Assembly (NCBI RefSeq): GCF_009914755.1
Contig: NC_060945.1
DNA from: the human T2T-CHM13v2.0 reference genome, Homo sapiens
Reading direction: 5' to 3' (one strand)
Length of the DNA stretch: 64,000 bases
The translations under genes and the position numbers were made by a program. The notes beneath the pieces were generated by a model, which searched no databases, was not told where the DNA came from, and was given only the letters and a program-made list of their open reading frames with translations. Below, piece by piece: positions 43,112 through 56,280 of this stretch; positions within the stretch are counted from its first letter, which is position 1, and every line of letters begins with the position of its first letter.

Positions 43112-43764
43112 GTGAGGCCAGACCCTGTGGCTCTCGCGCCGCCCCCCATACCTTCATGAGCTTGCGCTGGGCAGAGGCCAGGAGGGTGGCTGGGTCCAGG
43201 CCCCACGTCCCACAGCCCCGCAGGGTGGAACTCACACGGAAGGCCTGTCTGCAGCCCTGCCCTGCTGAGCAGACACAGGAGAGGCCCTGCAGGACTCGTC
43301 CGGGGCTTGGGTTGCAGGCCACGGAGAGGACATGGAGACACGGGGGATGTGTGGGGAGACTCACCATTGCCCACGGTGTGTTTCATTCCTTTGGGGAAAT
43401 CATTGACCTGGCTTTCGAGGCCACCTCCATCCTCTCCTTCTGCCTCCTTGGGAAGCCCCTGTAGTTCCCTCTGTAAGATGCTCTGTCCCTTCGTGGGCTT
43501 TGTCTCAAACCCCACTGGGCTCCATAAGTCTCCTGGGGCCCACAGTCACACGACCTGGGGGGCATACGGTGCTGACTTCTCACCGAGGGGTGAAACCCAG
43601 GCAGGTCTCTTGGTGGGCAGGACGGGACCACCTGCGGAGCCCCTGGCCTGAAGCAGCGCTGGTGATGGGAGTGGCTTTCTGCTGGCCCTGGTGATGGCAG
43701 CCGCAGCACGCGAGGGACCGCAGTGTCTGAAGGAGACAGTGGTGAAGGGAAAGGAAGAGCCTGT

Positions 43765-44066
43765 TTGATTTTTTTTTTTCTTGGAGACGGAGTTTCACCC
43801 CATCGCCCAGGCTGGCATGCAGTGGCTCAATCTTGGCTCACTGCAACCTCCGCCTCCCCGGTTCAAGCAATTCTCCTGTCTCAGCCTCCTGAGTAGCTGG
43901 GATTACAGGTGCCCACTACCTCGCCTGGCTAATTTCATATTTTTTTAGTAGAGACAGGGTTTTACCATATTGTCCAGGCTGGACTCGAACTCCTGACCTC
44001 AAGTGATCTGCCTGCCTCGGCCTCCCAAAGTGCTGGGATTACAGGTGTGAGCCACCACGTTGGGCC
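43765..44066 (-). mobile_element. Alu, TSD gaagagcct
   Basis: Full antisense Alu. Confidence 0.92.
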
Positions 44067-45664
44067 GAAGAGCCTTTTTCAAACCCTGTCTTGAGAGTTG
44101 GGGCTTCAGTGCTATGGGGCCCCAGTCCTGTCCCAATGAAATAAAATGGGAGTGGCGTGTCTAGACCCCAGGAGGAGCCTGGGGCTTGCTCTGCAGGGTA
44201 CCAGCGGCTTTCCTTGGGGCAGTGTGTCTCTTTCCCCACACAGTCAGGGCTGTGGGTGCCGCCACCAATCCGTTGCTGCCCTTGGACTCTCCAAGCTTCT
44301 CTGGCTCACATAGAGGAGAAAATCCACCCAGAAATCCTGTTGACTTAAAACACAGGCTGGGGTTGTGACCTTGATTCCAGCACAAATCATCATTTCAGGC
44401 AGGCCTTTGAGGCACGAAGAAACCGTGCGCTGGATGGCCCTTGTTGAGCTTGTCAGTCTCTGGTTTCATTCAAGTGTGTGCGGAAAGGCAGGGCCCTCCT
44501 TGCCACATGTAAAGCTGCACAGAGCGGTCACTATATGTGTTTCCATATTTGCAATCCAACCACCACCAACTGAGTGTGCGTCCTGATCAGCCGAGCCTGC
44601 CCACGGTGGCCACAGGCCCTCTACATTCTAATCTCGAGAGCCTGAGCATGTACAAATTAAACGAAGCAAAACGACACCACCCAGTTCTGGCCGTACTATA
44701 GGAGGTTTCCAGGAAGGGTTTGTGAACATAAACATAAGCTAGGTAACACTCCTTTCTGAAGTTCAAGGACTGGCTGATTAGAGGCGGAGGCGTTCTTCTC
44801 CCGACCCGGGGTCAGTGGGGCCACGAGCTGAGAGTTCTCTCCCTTATGTGCCTAAAACCCCTGGGAGGGAGCTCTGAGCCACTGTGGACCATGGAGGCTG
44901 CGGTGACTGACCGGGGCCCTGGACGGTCCAGATGGCAGGCTGGGACAGGACATGAGAGGGGATGATAGCAGCTGGTGGCCCTGTGCCAGATCCTGGCCAC
45001 AGCTGGCCTCAGTCATCTTCACGAGAGGAGCCCTTGAGGCACGTCTTGCTCTCATCCTTGGGTGGTTAGTGGTGGCTTGAGGCTGGGTGGTCAGAGTAGC
45101 TGTCCAAGGTCAGCACTGGCCATGGAGGAGCCCGGCCACCCGCCAAGCTGCACGGCGCCTCCGCCTCGGGTGCCACACAGCCCCCCACGGAGAGACTCCT
45201 CATCCGCCATCCTCCCTGCCGCTGCCTTTATTTTGCCCGATCATATTTTAATAAATACTCGCTTTGAACTTGTAAGGCTTCGGCTGTTCAGGTCACTCAC
45301 CGCTTCGCTGTTTGAGGAGCAGCAGTGTCCCCGCGCGCCCCTGCAGCCGAGCCATCACAGCGCCAGGCTCCCCACAGCATGGGGCTGGCCCTCTTTCCTC
45401 CTGCTTTGGTGGCGATGCCCAGGGCCATGGGGAAGCAGGGCCAATGTGTGCAGGACGGCTGCAGGGCTCTCCTGTCCCCAGGGCTGGCCCCTGGGCCGAG
45501 GGCCTTCAAGTGGCTTGAGTCAGCTCCAGGAGGCAGATGCTCAGGGTGACACCCTGGGGTGCAGAAAAAAAATAGAATTTTTATTTATATTTACTTTTTA
45601 TCTTATTTTTAATTCTTATGTTTATATGTTTCATAATGTATGTAACAGACATACGATAAAACCT

Positions 45665-46385
45665 GTATGTGGGGCATGTGTGGGTGTGTGTGTGTTCATG
45701 TGGGATGTGTATGTGTGGTGTGTATTATGTATGTAGTATATGTGATGTGTGCATGTGTGGTGTACGTATGTGCATTGTGTGTAAATTATGTGTGTGTTGT
45801 ATATGGGTGTGGTATTTGCAGTATAGTGTGCATATAAATTATCTATGTGTGTATAAATTATATGTGTGTATAAATTATATGTGTGTGGTATGTGTGTAAA
45901 AATTTGTATAAATTATATATTCGTGTGGGGTGATGTATGTGGTGTGTGTATAGTGTGGCGTGTGTATAAATTACATATGTGTATGGTGTGTGTGATGTGT
46001 GTGTGGTGTGTGAGGTATGGTGTGTGTAAATTATATTTGTGGTGTGTGTTGAACTGTGTGTGGTATGTGTGTATAAATTATAAATGTGCATGTGTGTGCA
46101 AAATGGGTGGGTTTGGTGTGTGGGGTATGTGTGGTATAGTGTGTCATGTGGTGTGTGTGTAAATTATATGTGTGTGGTGTGTGTGTAGTGTGTGTATATA
46201 AATCGTGAGGGTGGTGTGTGTGTGGTGTGTGTGTATAAATTATGTGTTTGATATGTGTGGTGTGGTGTGTATAAATTATAAATGTGTGTGTGGTGTGTGT
46301 ATATGAATCAGGGTTGGTGTGTGTGGTGTGTATAAATTGTATGTGTTTGATGTGTGTGGTGTGTACGACATGGGGCTGTGTGTGT
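45665..46385. repeat. GT-rich repeat punctuated by tataaatta
   Basis: Direct. Confidence 0.9.
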
Positions 46386-46604
46386 CAGGGACCACAGCCA
46401 GCCAGTGTGGGCCTCTGGGCAGGCCCCTCCCCTCACTGTAGACAAAGAAGCCTCTGCGCCTCGGTTGTTCCTCACATGGCGTCTGTGGCAAATCCTCCCC
46501 ATGCCAGTTGAACCTGGGGCCAATGTGAAGCTGCTTTTATTTACTGGGACGTGATGTTGTCTTCATAGCCATCTGCTCACCAGCATGCGGCAGAGGCTTG
46601 TGAA

Positions 46605-47070
46605 CACTGCATGTGTGCTGGTGTGTGCTGTGTGCTGTTGTGTACTGGCGTTTGCTGATGTGTGTGTTGTGCACTCGCATGTGATGTGTATGTGCTGGCA
46701 TGTTGCATGTGCTGGCATGTGCCAGTGTGTGCACTGGTGTGTAGTGTGTGCTGGCATGTGGTATGTGTCGAGGTGTGCTGGTGTGTGGTGGGTGCTGGTG
46801 TATGGCATGTGCTAACGTGTGGTGTGTTCTGGTGTGTGCTGGTGTGTGGTAATGTTTTGGTGTGTGCTGGTGTGTGGTGTGTTCTGGTGTGTGCTGGCGT
46901 GTGGTATGTTTTGGTGTGTGCTGGCATGTAGTGTGCTGGCGTGTGCTGGCGTGTGGTATGTTCTGGTGTGTGCTGGCATGTGTGTGGCATGTGCTGGCAT
47001 GTGTCGGTGTGTGCACTGGTGTGTGGTGGGTGCTGGTGTATGACGCATGCTGGCGTGTGCTTGTGTTGCA
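46605..47070. repeat. GT-rich repeat (gtgtgctgg unit)
   Basis: Direct. Confidence 0.9.
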
Positions 47071-47688
47071 ACGAGACTCAGCTTTCACTTCTGATGGGGT
47101 GAGGATCCATAGGTGGAATCCTCATACACCAAAGCTTTGGGTTCCTCAGTTCCTAGACAGAAGTGTGAGGCGCGTGACCCTAGAGCGTGGAGACCTGCCT
47201 GGCTGTGGAAACCTCACCCATGGGCCCCGCAGCTCAAGCCTGGTCTTTCCTGCTCTGAGGTGCGTCGTCGCCCCCTCCTGGGCGCTGGGAGCACTGCGGT
47301 TGCCCGTGGACAGCAGGTTCCTACCTGTGTATCTTAATTTTGGGTTTTTTTTGTTTGTTTGTTTTCGTTTTTGTTTTTGGCTTACAACGCAGCGATTTGC
47401 TTCTCCCTCATAAAGGTCCACGATGAGCCCAGACAGTGCTCGGGGCAGCCCAGCTGTCCCCACCTGGTGGCACGGGGCCGCCCTTCCTTAGCAAAGTGAT
47501 TCTCTGACGGCCGTCGCAGGGAAGAGGCAGCATTGAGCACCCGCTGTTAAGATGCTCCCTTACGGAAGCGACTTGTGGGAGGCAGGGATGTGTGTTTTTC
47601 TTTTCCTTTTTTTTTTTTTTAAGAGAAAACCACATTTTATTTTTGTTAATGTTGAAGTTAATTTTCAATAAAATTTTATAGAAAATGA

Positions 47689-48120
47689 TTTTTATTTTTT
47701 TTTTTTGAGACGGAGTCTCGCTCTGTCACCCAGGCTGGAGTGCAGTGGTGCAATTTCATCTCACTGCAACCTCCGCCTTCTGGTTCTAGCAATTCTCCTG
47801 TCTCAGCCTCTCGAGTAGCTGGGATTACAGGCGCATTCCACCATGTCTGGCTAATTTTTGTAGTCTTAGTAGAGATGGGGTTTCACCATGTTGGTCAGGC
47901 TGGTCTCGAACTCCTGAGCTCGTGATCTGCCTGCCTTGGCCTCTCGAGTAGCTGGGATTACAGGCACATTCCACCACATCTGGCTAATTTTTGTAGTCTT
48001 AGTAGAGATGGGGTTTCACCATGTTGGTCAGGCTGGTCTTGAACTCCTGGCCTCGTGGTCTGCCTGCCCCTCGGCTTCCCGAAGTGCTGGGATTACAGGC
48101 ATGAGCCACTGTGCCCGGCT
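47689..48120 (-). mobile_element. Alu with a 133-nt internal tandem duplication
   Basis: gcctctcgagtagct... at both 47806 and 47939. Confidence 0.9.
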
Positions 48121-49216
48121 GAAAATGAATTTAATTTTAATCAGTTTGACTGTAAGGCAAGATTTTATGAATTTCGTATAACTTTCATAATTGTTTTGAA
48201 TGAAAGAGTACATTCACGTTCTAAGAAAACTCTTCAGACACATGAGCCAAATTTTGTTCTTATATCAGTGTTTTTAATTTTATTGCTTAATTTATATAAA
48301 CAACCTGTTTATATAAATTAATAGCCTGAATAGCCTGTTTTGAATAGTAGCCAACTTGTTCAGATATGTGTTTTTCTTAACTGCCCAGAGGGAAGGGAGA
48401 ACTGGGCACCAGTGAAAACAGGTCACGCCTACCTGACGTCTTGCCGTGTGGCTCAGTGACGGGCGCTGTGGACGTGGCAGCCCCTGAATCCCAGCTCCCG
48501 TACACACAGTATCACTGCTGCCTTAGTCACCACCGTCATCCTAGCTGGCAAACTTGGTGTTCTTATTAAATTGTAAAAGTATTTAAAAGATTTTAATATA
48601 TCATATGTGAGCGGCTTACCCTGTGTACTTACTCAAATTCCAACTGACTTTTAAAATAAGAGCTGTAACATGTTACTCATTTAAAATTTTCCGATTAGAT
48701 TTGTCCAATTAGGTAATTTGTAATTACCCTGCTTATCTTACCAAGTAGAGGTGTCAACTTGTGGGCTGCTAATCCATTTGGTAGATTAGCACTTAATCTT
48801 GGTAGATTTAGTATGTAAATAAATGAGTGTCCAGACAGAAATCAGCTATTTCATAATGGAGATGAAAATGCCTACATTTTTAATACTTTTCATATTTGAA
48901 GCAAGTGGATTTCATTTGTGAAATAATCTTTGCCTAATGAAAGACACTCTCAGTCATGACTGTCTCTGAAGAATGAACATATTAAGAAAGACCAGAACTC
49001 TCGGGAGCGCACACATGACCACCCTTCTCATGGGACCAGGGGCGTGGCCTGCCCGGTTAAATCACTCGTGGGCACCCTGGGGGTTAATGCTGCCGCCACC
49101 CTGCACAGAAGGCCACATCCTGGCCTCTCGCCGCCATGCCACGCTGACTGTGTACTCAGGGCGGATGCCTGAGGAGAAGCTCATTTAATGTTTGTTTTTA
49201 GAAATTGAGAGTGAGA

Positions 49217-49611
<395 letters not shown>

Positions 49612-49666
49612 CTAGTGTGAGGTCATGTGGTGATTCACCCTACCTTGAATCTTCTTCATAAAACAG

Positions 49667-49742
49667 GAGATTTCCTCTGGAAGACATCCCGCTGGATGAA
49701 AAGGAAGCAGCTCAGTGGCTTCATAAACTGTACCAGGAGAAG
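49667..49742 (+). CDS. AGPAT3: AGPAT3 coding exon 6 (RFPLEDIPLDEKEAAQWLHKLYQEK)
   Basis: aaacag| acceptor, aag|gtaagc donor, 76 nt; found by manual translation, absent from the ORF track. Confidence 0.96.
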
Positions 49743-49876
49743 GTAAGCAGGCTCTGCTCCCGCTCAGGGTCCCGGTCTCCTGAAGAGGCTGTGGAAGGGG
49801 TGCTGGCGAGCAGGCAGGTGACACGTGGGAACTCCGTGGGAGACAGGAGTGCCACCCAGGTCCTAAATACTCCTGA

Positions 49877-50245
<369 letters not shown>

Positions 50246-50636
50246 TGAGAAATTAACAAACTACAGACAAGTATGAAGGGTAACATGATGCCTGTATAAT
50301 TATGGCTGGTAACATTTGGTCACATTTGTTTCATTTTCTTAAAAGACATTACAGGTATGTAACAGACATAGATGGTCACTAGACTCCTTGTATAACAGAA
50401 ACAAATTAGGGATGTTAGAGCATTGCTTTGAAAACCACACTCAGTTCTTATTTCTTTCCCCCACGGCTTACTCAGCCCAAGAACTACTTTCTCTTTGTTT
50501 TATACGCACAAATGCATGGGGCATTCGATTTCCACTGTCGGCCTTGTGGGAGAGGAGATAACCAGGAAATCCTCCCAGGATGTAAAAAATATCATCGTAA
50601 ATGCATTGATGGGCTCTCAAGAAAATAAGGGAAATC

Positions 50637-50967
50637 GGTCGGGTGCTGTGGCTCATGCCTGTAATCCCAGCACTTTGGGAGGCCGAGGTGGGCAGATCAC
50701 CTGAGGTCAGGAGTTCAAGACCAGCCTGACCAACATGGGTGAAACCCCGTCTCTACTAAAAATACAAAAAATTAGCTGGGCCTGGTGGCGCATGCCTGTA
50801 ATCCCAGTTACTGGGGAGGCTGAGGCAGGAGAATCGCTTGAACCCAGGAGGTGGGGGTTGCAGGAGCCAGGATCGCCCCATTGCACTGCAGCCTGGGCAA
50901 CAGAGTGAGACTCCAACTCAAAAAAAAAAAAAAAAAAGAAAGAAAAAAAAAGAAAGAAAAAAAAAAA
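50637..50967 (+). mobile_element. Alu, TSD aagggaaatc
   Basis: Full Alu with a long A-rich tail. Confidence 0.93.
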
Positions 50968-51381
50968 GGGAAATCTCCAGGACTGAAAAGGGAGGTGGGG
51001 CTGAGACTCGGTCCTGGGCCTGGGAGCCAGCAGCACCATGCCCACCTGGTGCTTTCTGCCTGCCCCATCCCCTGAAGTCTCGTGCTGTGATGCCTACATG
51101 GAAACAGAAGATAAAGATTTCCCCTCATTCAAGGCGGGACGTTAGAACCAAAAACCCCACATGATGCTGGGACCCTCTAAGAATTGGACCCTCAGGAAGG
51201 TTAAACTGGAAAAGAAAATTACCTCCCAGCACAGAGAAATGGCCTTGAAACCTGCCTTTCTCCTCTTGGGCTCAAGAAAGTCTTCCTGGGAATTCATAAT
51301 TACAGGCCTGTCCTCCAACAGGCTTGAAGTTTGAATTTATACAAACAACATAGTTCAAGAAGCACACAGCCAAAATGTGTG

Positions 51382-51983
<602 letters not shown>

Positions 51984-52609
51984 CGCCCACGGGCAGTGGC
52001 TGCGGAGTGTCTGCTCTATCAGGCATGGTGATTTCCTGCCAGCCTGTGCCTTTGACATTCCCACCAGAGGCAGAACCTTCTGCAGGTGGCCCTGGCCAGG
52101 CTCCTCTCTCCTCCCAGCTCCTCATTAGCCTCCTTTGCCAGGCTAGGAAACCGAGGTATGCGAGGTTAAGGAACTTTCCTTGGGCCGTGCAGCTGAGAGT
52201 GCGCTTTGCAGGGATTTGCATCCAGGCCGCGGGACTCACACAGGCCACACCTGCCACCCCCACTGCCTCTGGCTCGTGGGAGGTGTGGGATGTGGCGGGT
52301 GGCCGGGGCAGTGCTGGGCAGGCAGGTGTTGGTATTCACAACGTTGCTTTCTTGACCGATTATTTTCCTGGGAGACTTCCTCAGTCAAAGGGTTGATATG
52401 CTTGCGAGCTCTCGATGCACGCTATCAGATTCTCCAAAAACGTACAGCCAGCTTCGCCTGCACCTGCAGCTTCTGTGATTTGTGCTCTTAATTGACGTGG
52501 CGCTTTTTTTAGGTTGAGTCGTTTTTCATTGCCAACAATCTTCTCCTGCATTGAAATAATAGCTTGTAAAGAAGCCTCACGCTTCCTTTTTCTCTGTTGA
52601 CTCTTCTAG

Positions 52610-52808
52610 GACGCGCTCCAGGAGATATATAATCAGAAGGGCATGTTTCCAGGGGAGCAGTTTAAGCCTGCCCGGAGGCCGTGGACCCTCCTGAACTTCC
52701 TGTCCTGGGCCACCATTCTCCTGTCTCCCCTCTTCAGTTTTGTCTTGGGCGTCTTTGCCAGCGGATCACCTCTCCTGATCCTGACTTTCTTGGGGTTTGT
52801 GGGAGCAG
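52610..52808 (+). CDS. AGPAT3: AGPAT3 coding exon 7 (DALQEIYNQKG...TFLGFVGA), hydrophobic C-terminal segments
   Basis: ctcttctag| acceptor, cag|gtaatg donor, 199 nt. Confidence 0.97.
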
Positions 52809-53924
52809 GTAATGGACACTGTCGCTAACAGCTCACACTCTGACGGGCCTCACAGTATCAGCCACAGGGTCCGGGACCTGGTGACTCATCACAGTGGCTG
52901 TGGGAGGCAGGGGCCTGGCTGTTATGGACCCTGGAGCCAGGATCCCCCCACGGCCTGCGGGCCTCAGAGCCTGGATTCTTGCACTGAGCTGAGGGTCGCC
53001 TCCCCAGAGAGCCGAACGGCCGCCACCTGGCGCCATCCCCACTGCAGCCCCACTGGCTGGCGCCCTTGAGGATGCCGACGAGAGGGTCCCCGAGAGGGTC
53101 CCCAGCCCCCCTGTCTGCTTTTGGGCTCTTAGGGGTCAGGCTGGGCTGGCCATTCGGGAGGTTTAAGCAGGACATCATCATTCAGCTCCTCCCCATTGAC
53201 CCCCAGTGACTTCCCCACTGTGTGCCCACCCCAGGCACAATGCCAGGCCCACCACGACTCATCAGCTAGCCTGGGGCCGAACAGACACCCAGCCTGTCCC
53301 TGTGGTGAGCTCCGGCGCCCACCCACACCCCGTAATTGAGGGGTCTCTGTCCGTGGAGACACAGTCCGTGTGCATCGCCCCGTGAGCCGACTCCCCAGGC
53401 CCAGCAGCTGGGCCAGCTCCTCCCCTGCTCCTGCCGCCCCTGCCAGGGGCCTTGGTGGGAGGGGTCCTGAGAGGCAGTGACTGCCACCAGCCTCTCCCAT
53501 TGGACTACGAGATGACTTGAGGCCACCCACAGAGGACAGGATGTGACCTGCTTACATCCGAGGGTCCTGCTCGTCCACCTCTGTCACCTGTTGGGTTTGC
53601 AAGGCCGAGCTGTTAGAATGCCCCGAAGCCCTTCTGCTCCCACCAGCCAAAGACCCAGAGGGGCAGGCAGGGCAAGGTCCACGTGTCCACCTGCCTCGGA
53701 CCCAGCCGGTCAGAAGACGTGCCCCTCACCCCTGCCTGAGCAGACCACGGTCTGAGAGGGCTGTCTCCCCGCGGGCCACACCTACTCACTGACAGCAGAG
53801 GCCACTGGGTGCGGGGCAGAGGGACAGGGTCTGGGGCAGAGGAAGGAAGCCCCAGTAACACGTTTTACAGCAAAAAGGCAAAGTCATCCGTCTCACCTCT
53901 TCTCTCTCTCTCCTGTCTTGAAAG

Positions 53925-54013
53925 CTTCCTTTGGAGTTCGCAGACTGATAGGAGTAACTGAGATAGAAAAAGGCTCCAGCTACGGAAACCAAGAGTTTAA
54001 GAAAAAGGAATAA
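53925..54013 (+). CDS. AGPAT3: AGPAT3 last coding exon (ASFGVRRLIG...NQEFKKKE*), dilysine ER-retrieval motif
   Basis: Pyrimidine tract plus gaaag| acceptor; TAA 54011-54013; exon lengths sum to 1131 nt = 376 aa + stop. Confidence 0.97.
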
Positions 54014-54883
54014 TTAATGGCTGTGACTGAACACACGCGGCCCTGACGGTGGTATCCAGTTAACTCAAAACCAACACACAGAGTGCAGGAAAAGACAATT
54101 AGAAACTATTTTTCTTATTAACTGGTGACTAATATTAACAAAACTTGAGCCAAGAGTAAAGAATTCAGAAGGCCTGTCAGGTGAAGTCTTCAGCCTCCCA
54201 CAGCGCAGGGTCCCAGCATCTCCACGCGCGCCCGTGGGAGGTGGGTCCGGCCGGAGAGGCCTCCCGCGGACGCCGTCTCTCCAGAACTCCGCTTCCAAGA
54301 GGGAGCCTTTGGCTGCTTTCTCTCCTTAAACTTAGATCAAATTTTTTGGTTTTTAATCAGTTATCTTGGGAACTTAACCTGGCCCCTCACCTCTTCTGCA
54401 CCCCCCGCCCCCGAAACTGTCTCGTAATGAATTTCTGCTGTCCTCCTGGGAGTGGACGGCCGGGTCCCGTCCCCCGGGAGCATCGCTCGGCTCAGCACCT
54501 TGGCTCCCAGTGGGGGCCCCGTGGAGGGCGCCCGTAGTGATAAGCACACCGGCACGAACGTCAGGTCCATTCCTCGAAGTCGGAGCCCTCACTCTGCCCT
54601 GTCCTGGGGCTGGCTGAGGGCGAACGCCCCACCTCACTTTCTAGAGCCCTGTCTGTCCTAGCTCCTATCTGACCTTGTGTGTAAATACGTACATCTGTTT
54701 TTAAAGTGGATGGGCCCCTGAGAACTCAGTGAAATGCAGAGTTCTCCATGCACCTAAAGCTCCTTTGTCGCTCTCATGGCTGTCAGATCCTGGTCCCTCC
54801 ACACTGGGTGCTGGGGAGGGAGGACCCTCGGGGCTACCGCGCGCCCCCCCATCCCACAGATCAGGAGCCAAGGAGGGAGAACA

Positions 54884-55190
54884 GGGCAGCCTGTGGGACT
54901 CTAGGATGCTTCAGAAGAAGCGACGGCACCGTCAACCCTCTGTTTTTTAAAGGTGGTTGGAGACTGTTAACACTGAGCTCATTGACTTCTAGAGATTTTA
55001 TTTTTACTGGTTGATCTCTTGGTGGTTTTCAACTTCCTGCTGGAAACTAGAGGTGGGGCACCCCCCACCCCCCAGCCTCGCACTGTGTCCTTGGGGAAGG
55101 CCCGCCCCCATCCTGGCCGGTGTCACTGTGGCCCGGCCACCCCTGAGCGCCCAGCTCCCTACCTCCTGGACGTCTCTGAGAGTCCAGGCA
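54884..55190 (+). repeat. Inverted-repeat arm B (3'UTR)
   Basis: See arm A. Confidence 0.92.
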
Positions 55191-56274
55191 GAGCAGAGGG
55201 CAGCGCTCGGCCGGTCATGCTGGCTCCCTTGGCCTTGCAGCGAGCCCCTGGCCCACGCCGAGCGAGGGATGCTTCTCCCTACAGCATGTCCACTCCCCCG
55301 GCATGGCCAGGTGGGGCCCCTGGGGCAATGGCAGTGGTAGAACGCTCAACTTGGTTGCGGTACCATCAGCCCACCTGCATTTGGCTTTCGACTTGCTTGT
55401 TCTAAGTCACAGCGCCCTCATCTTTTTAGCAAGGTAAAAAAACCAAAATGGGTGTTATCTCTGATATCTTGAAACCAGCGTTCTGAATAGAGGTAGGTTG
55501 AGTTTTCTAGGGGAAAACAAATGGAGAAAAGAGGCATGAAGAAAAGTAAACCGAGAACATAATTAGGCATCGGGCCTAAGTGTCCTGGGGAGATTGGAGG
55601 GGACGGCAGCGTTCTGCATGATGGAGGCGCTGCCGGGCCCCGGGTCTGTGGGGGCCGTGCTCTCAGGGCGTGTGCGGGACGCCACCTGTGCACACCTGCT
55701 CAGAGCACGGCTCCTCGCAGGGGTGAAGGGGCAGACCAACGAAACCAGATGAGACCAACGACACCATGCGAGACACGCTTGCAGACACTGTTGTTTTGGA
55801 AATGTGCTTCCCTCCATCTGAAATCTCATCCCTCCACCCGCCCACTCGGGCAGCTGTGCCGTGGGCAGGGCATGCGCTCCCCTGGCTGAGCACCCCAGAG
55901 ATTCTCCTGCACCTTCCTCATGCCGCACGCTGCTCATCCGTCTCCATGTGTGTTTAGATCCATGCCATTCACTGACTCACTAACACCTGCAAAATCTTTA
56001 AGGAAAAAAGCTGAAGGGTACGACCATGCACATATGTGACCTGGAAAATGCAAATTTAGATCTTTTATGATTTAATTATTATTGTTTCCCATAGAAGTTC
56101 CCTCCCTTTGAAATTAATATATAATGTATAAATTCTGCACTGAGCCATGGCGGAGCTGGGCAGCCCCTAGGTTAGAGTGGAGACGGAGGCCCAGGCGCAG
56201 GGGTCACACCTCATCTGGTTTCCTTCCCATCTCACAGCTTAGCTTGTGCTTCTCAACACCAAGTCTTTAAGAGC

Positions 56275-56280
56275 AATAAA
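56275..56280 (+). terminator. Proximal polyadenylation signal AATAAA
   Basis: Canonical hexamer followed within ~25 nt by a U-rich then G-rich downstream element. Confidence 0.7.

Noticed and set aside
47400-48300. Scanned for snRNA/tRNA-like pseudogenes here and elsewhere
   Set aside because: No convincing match by eye; needs Infernal/Rfam
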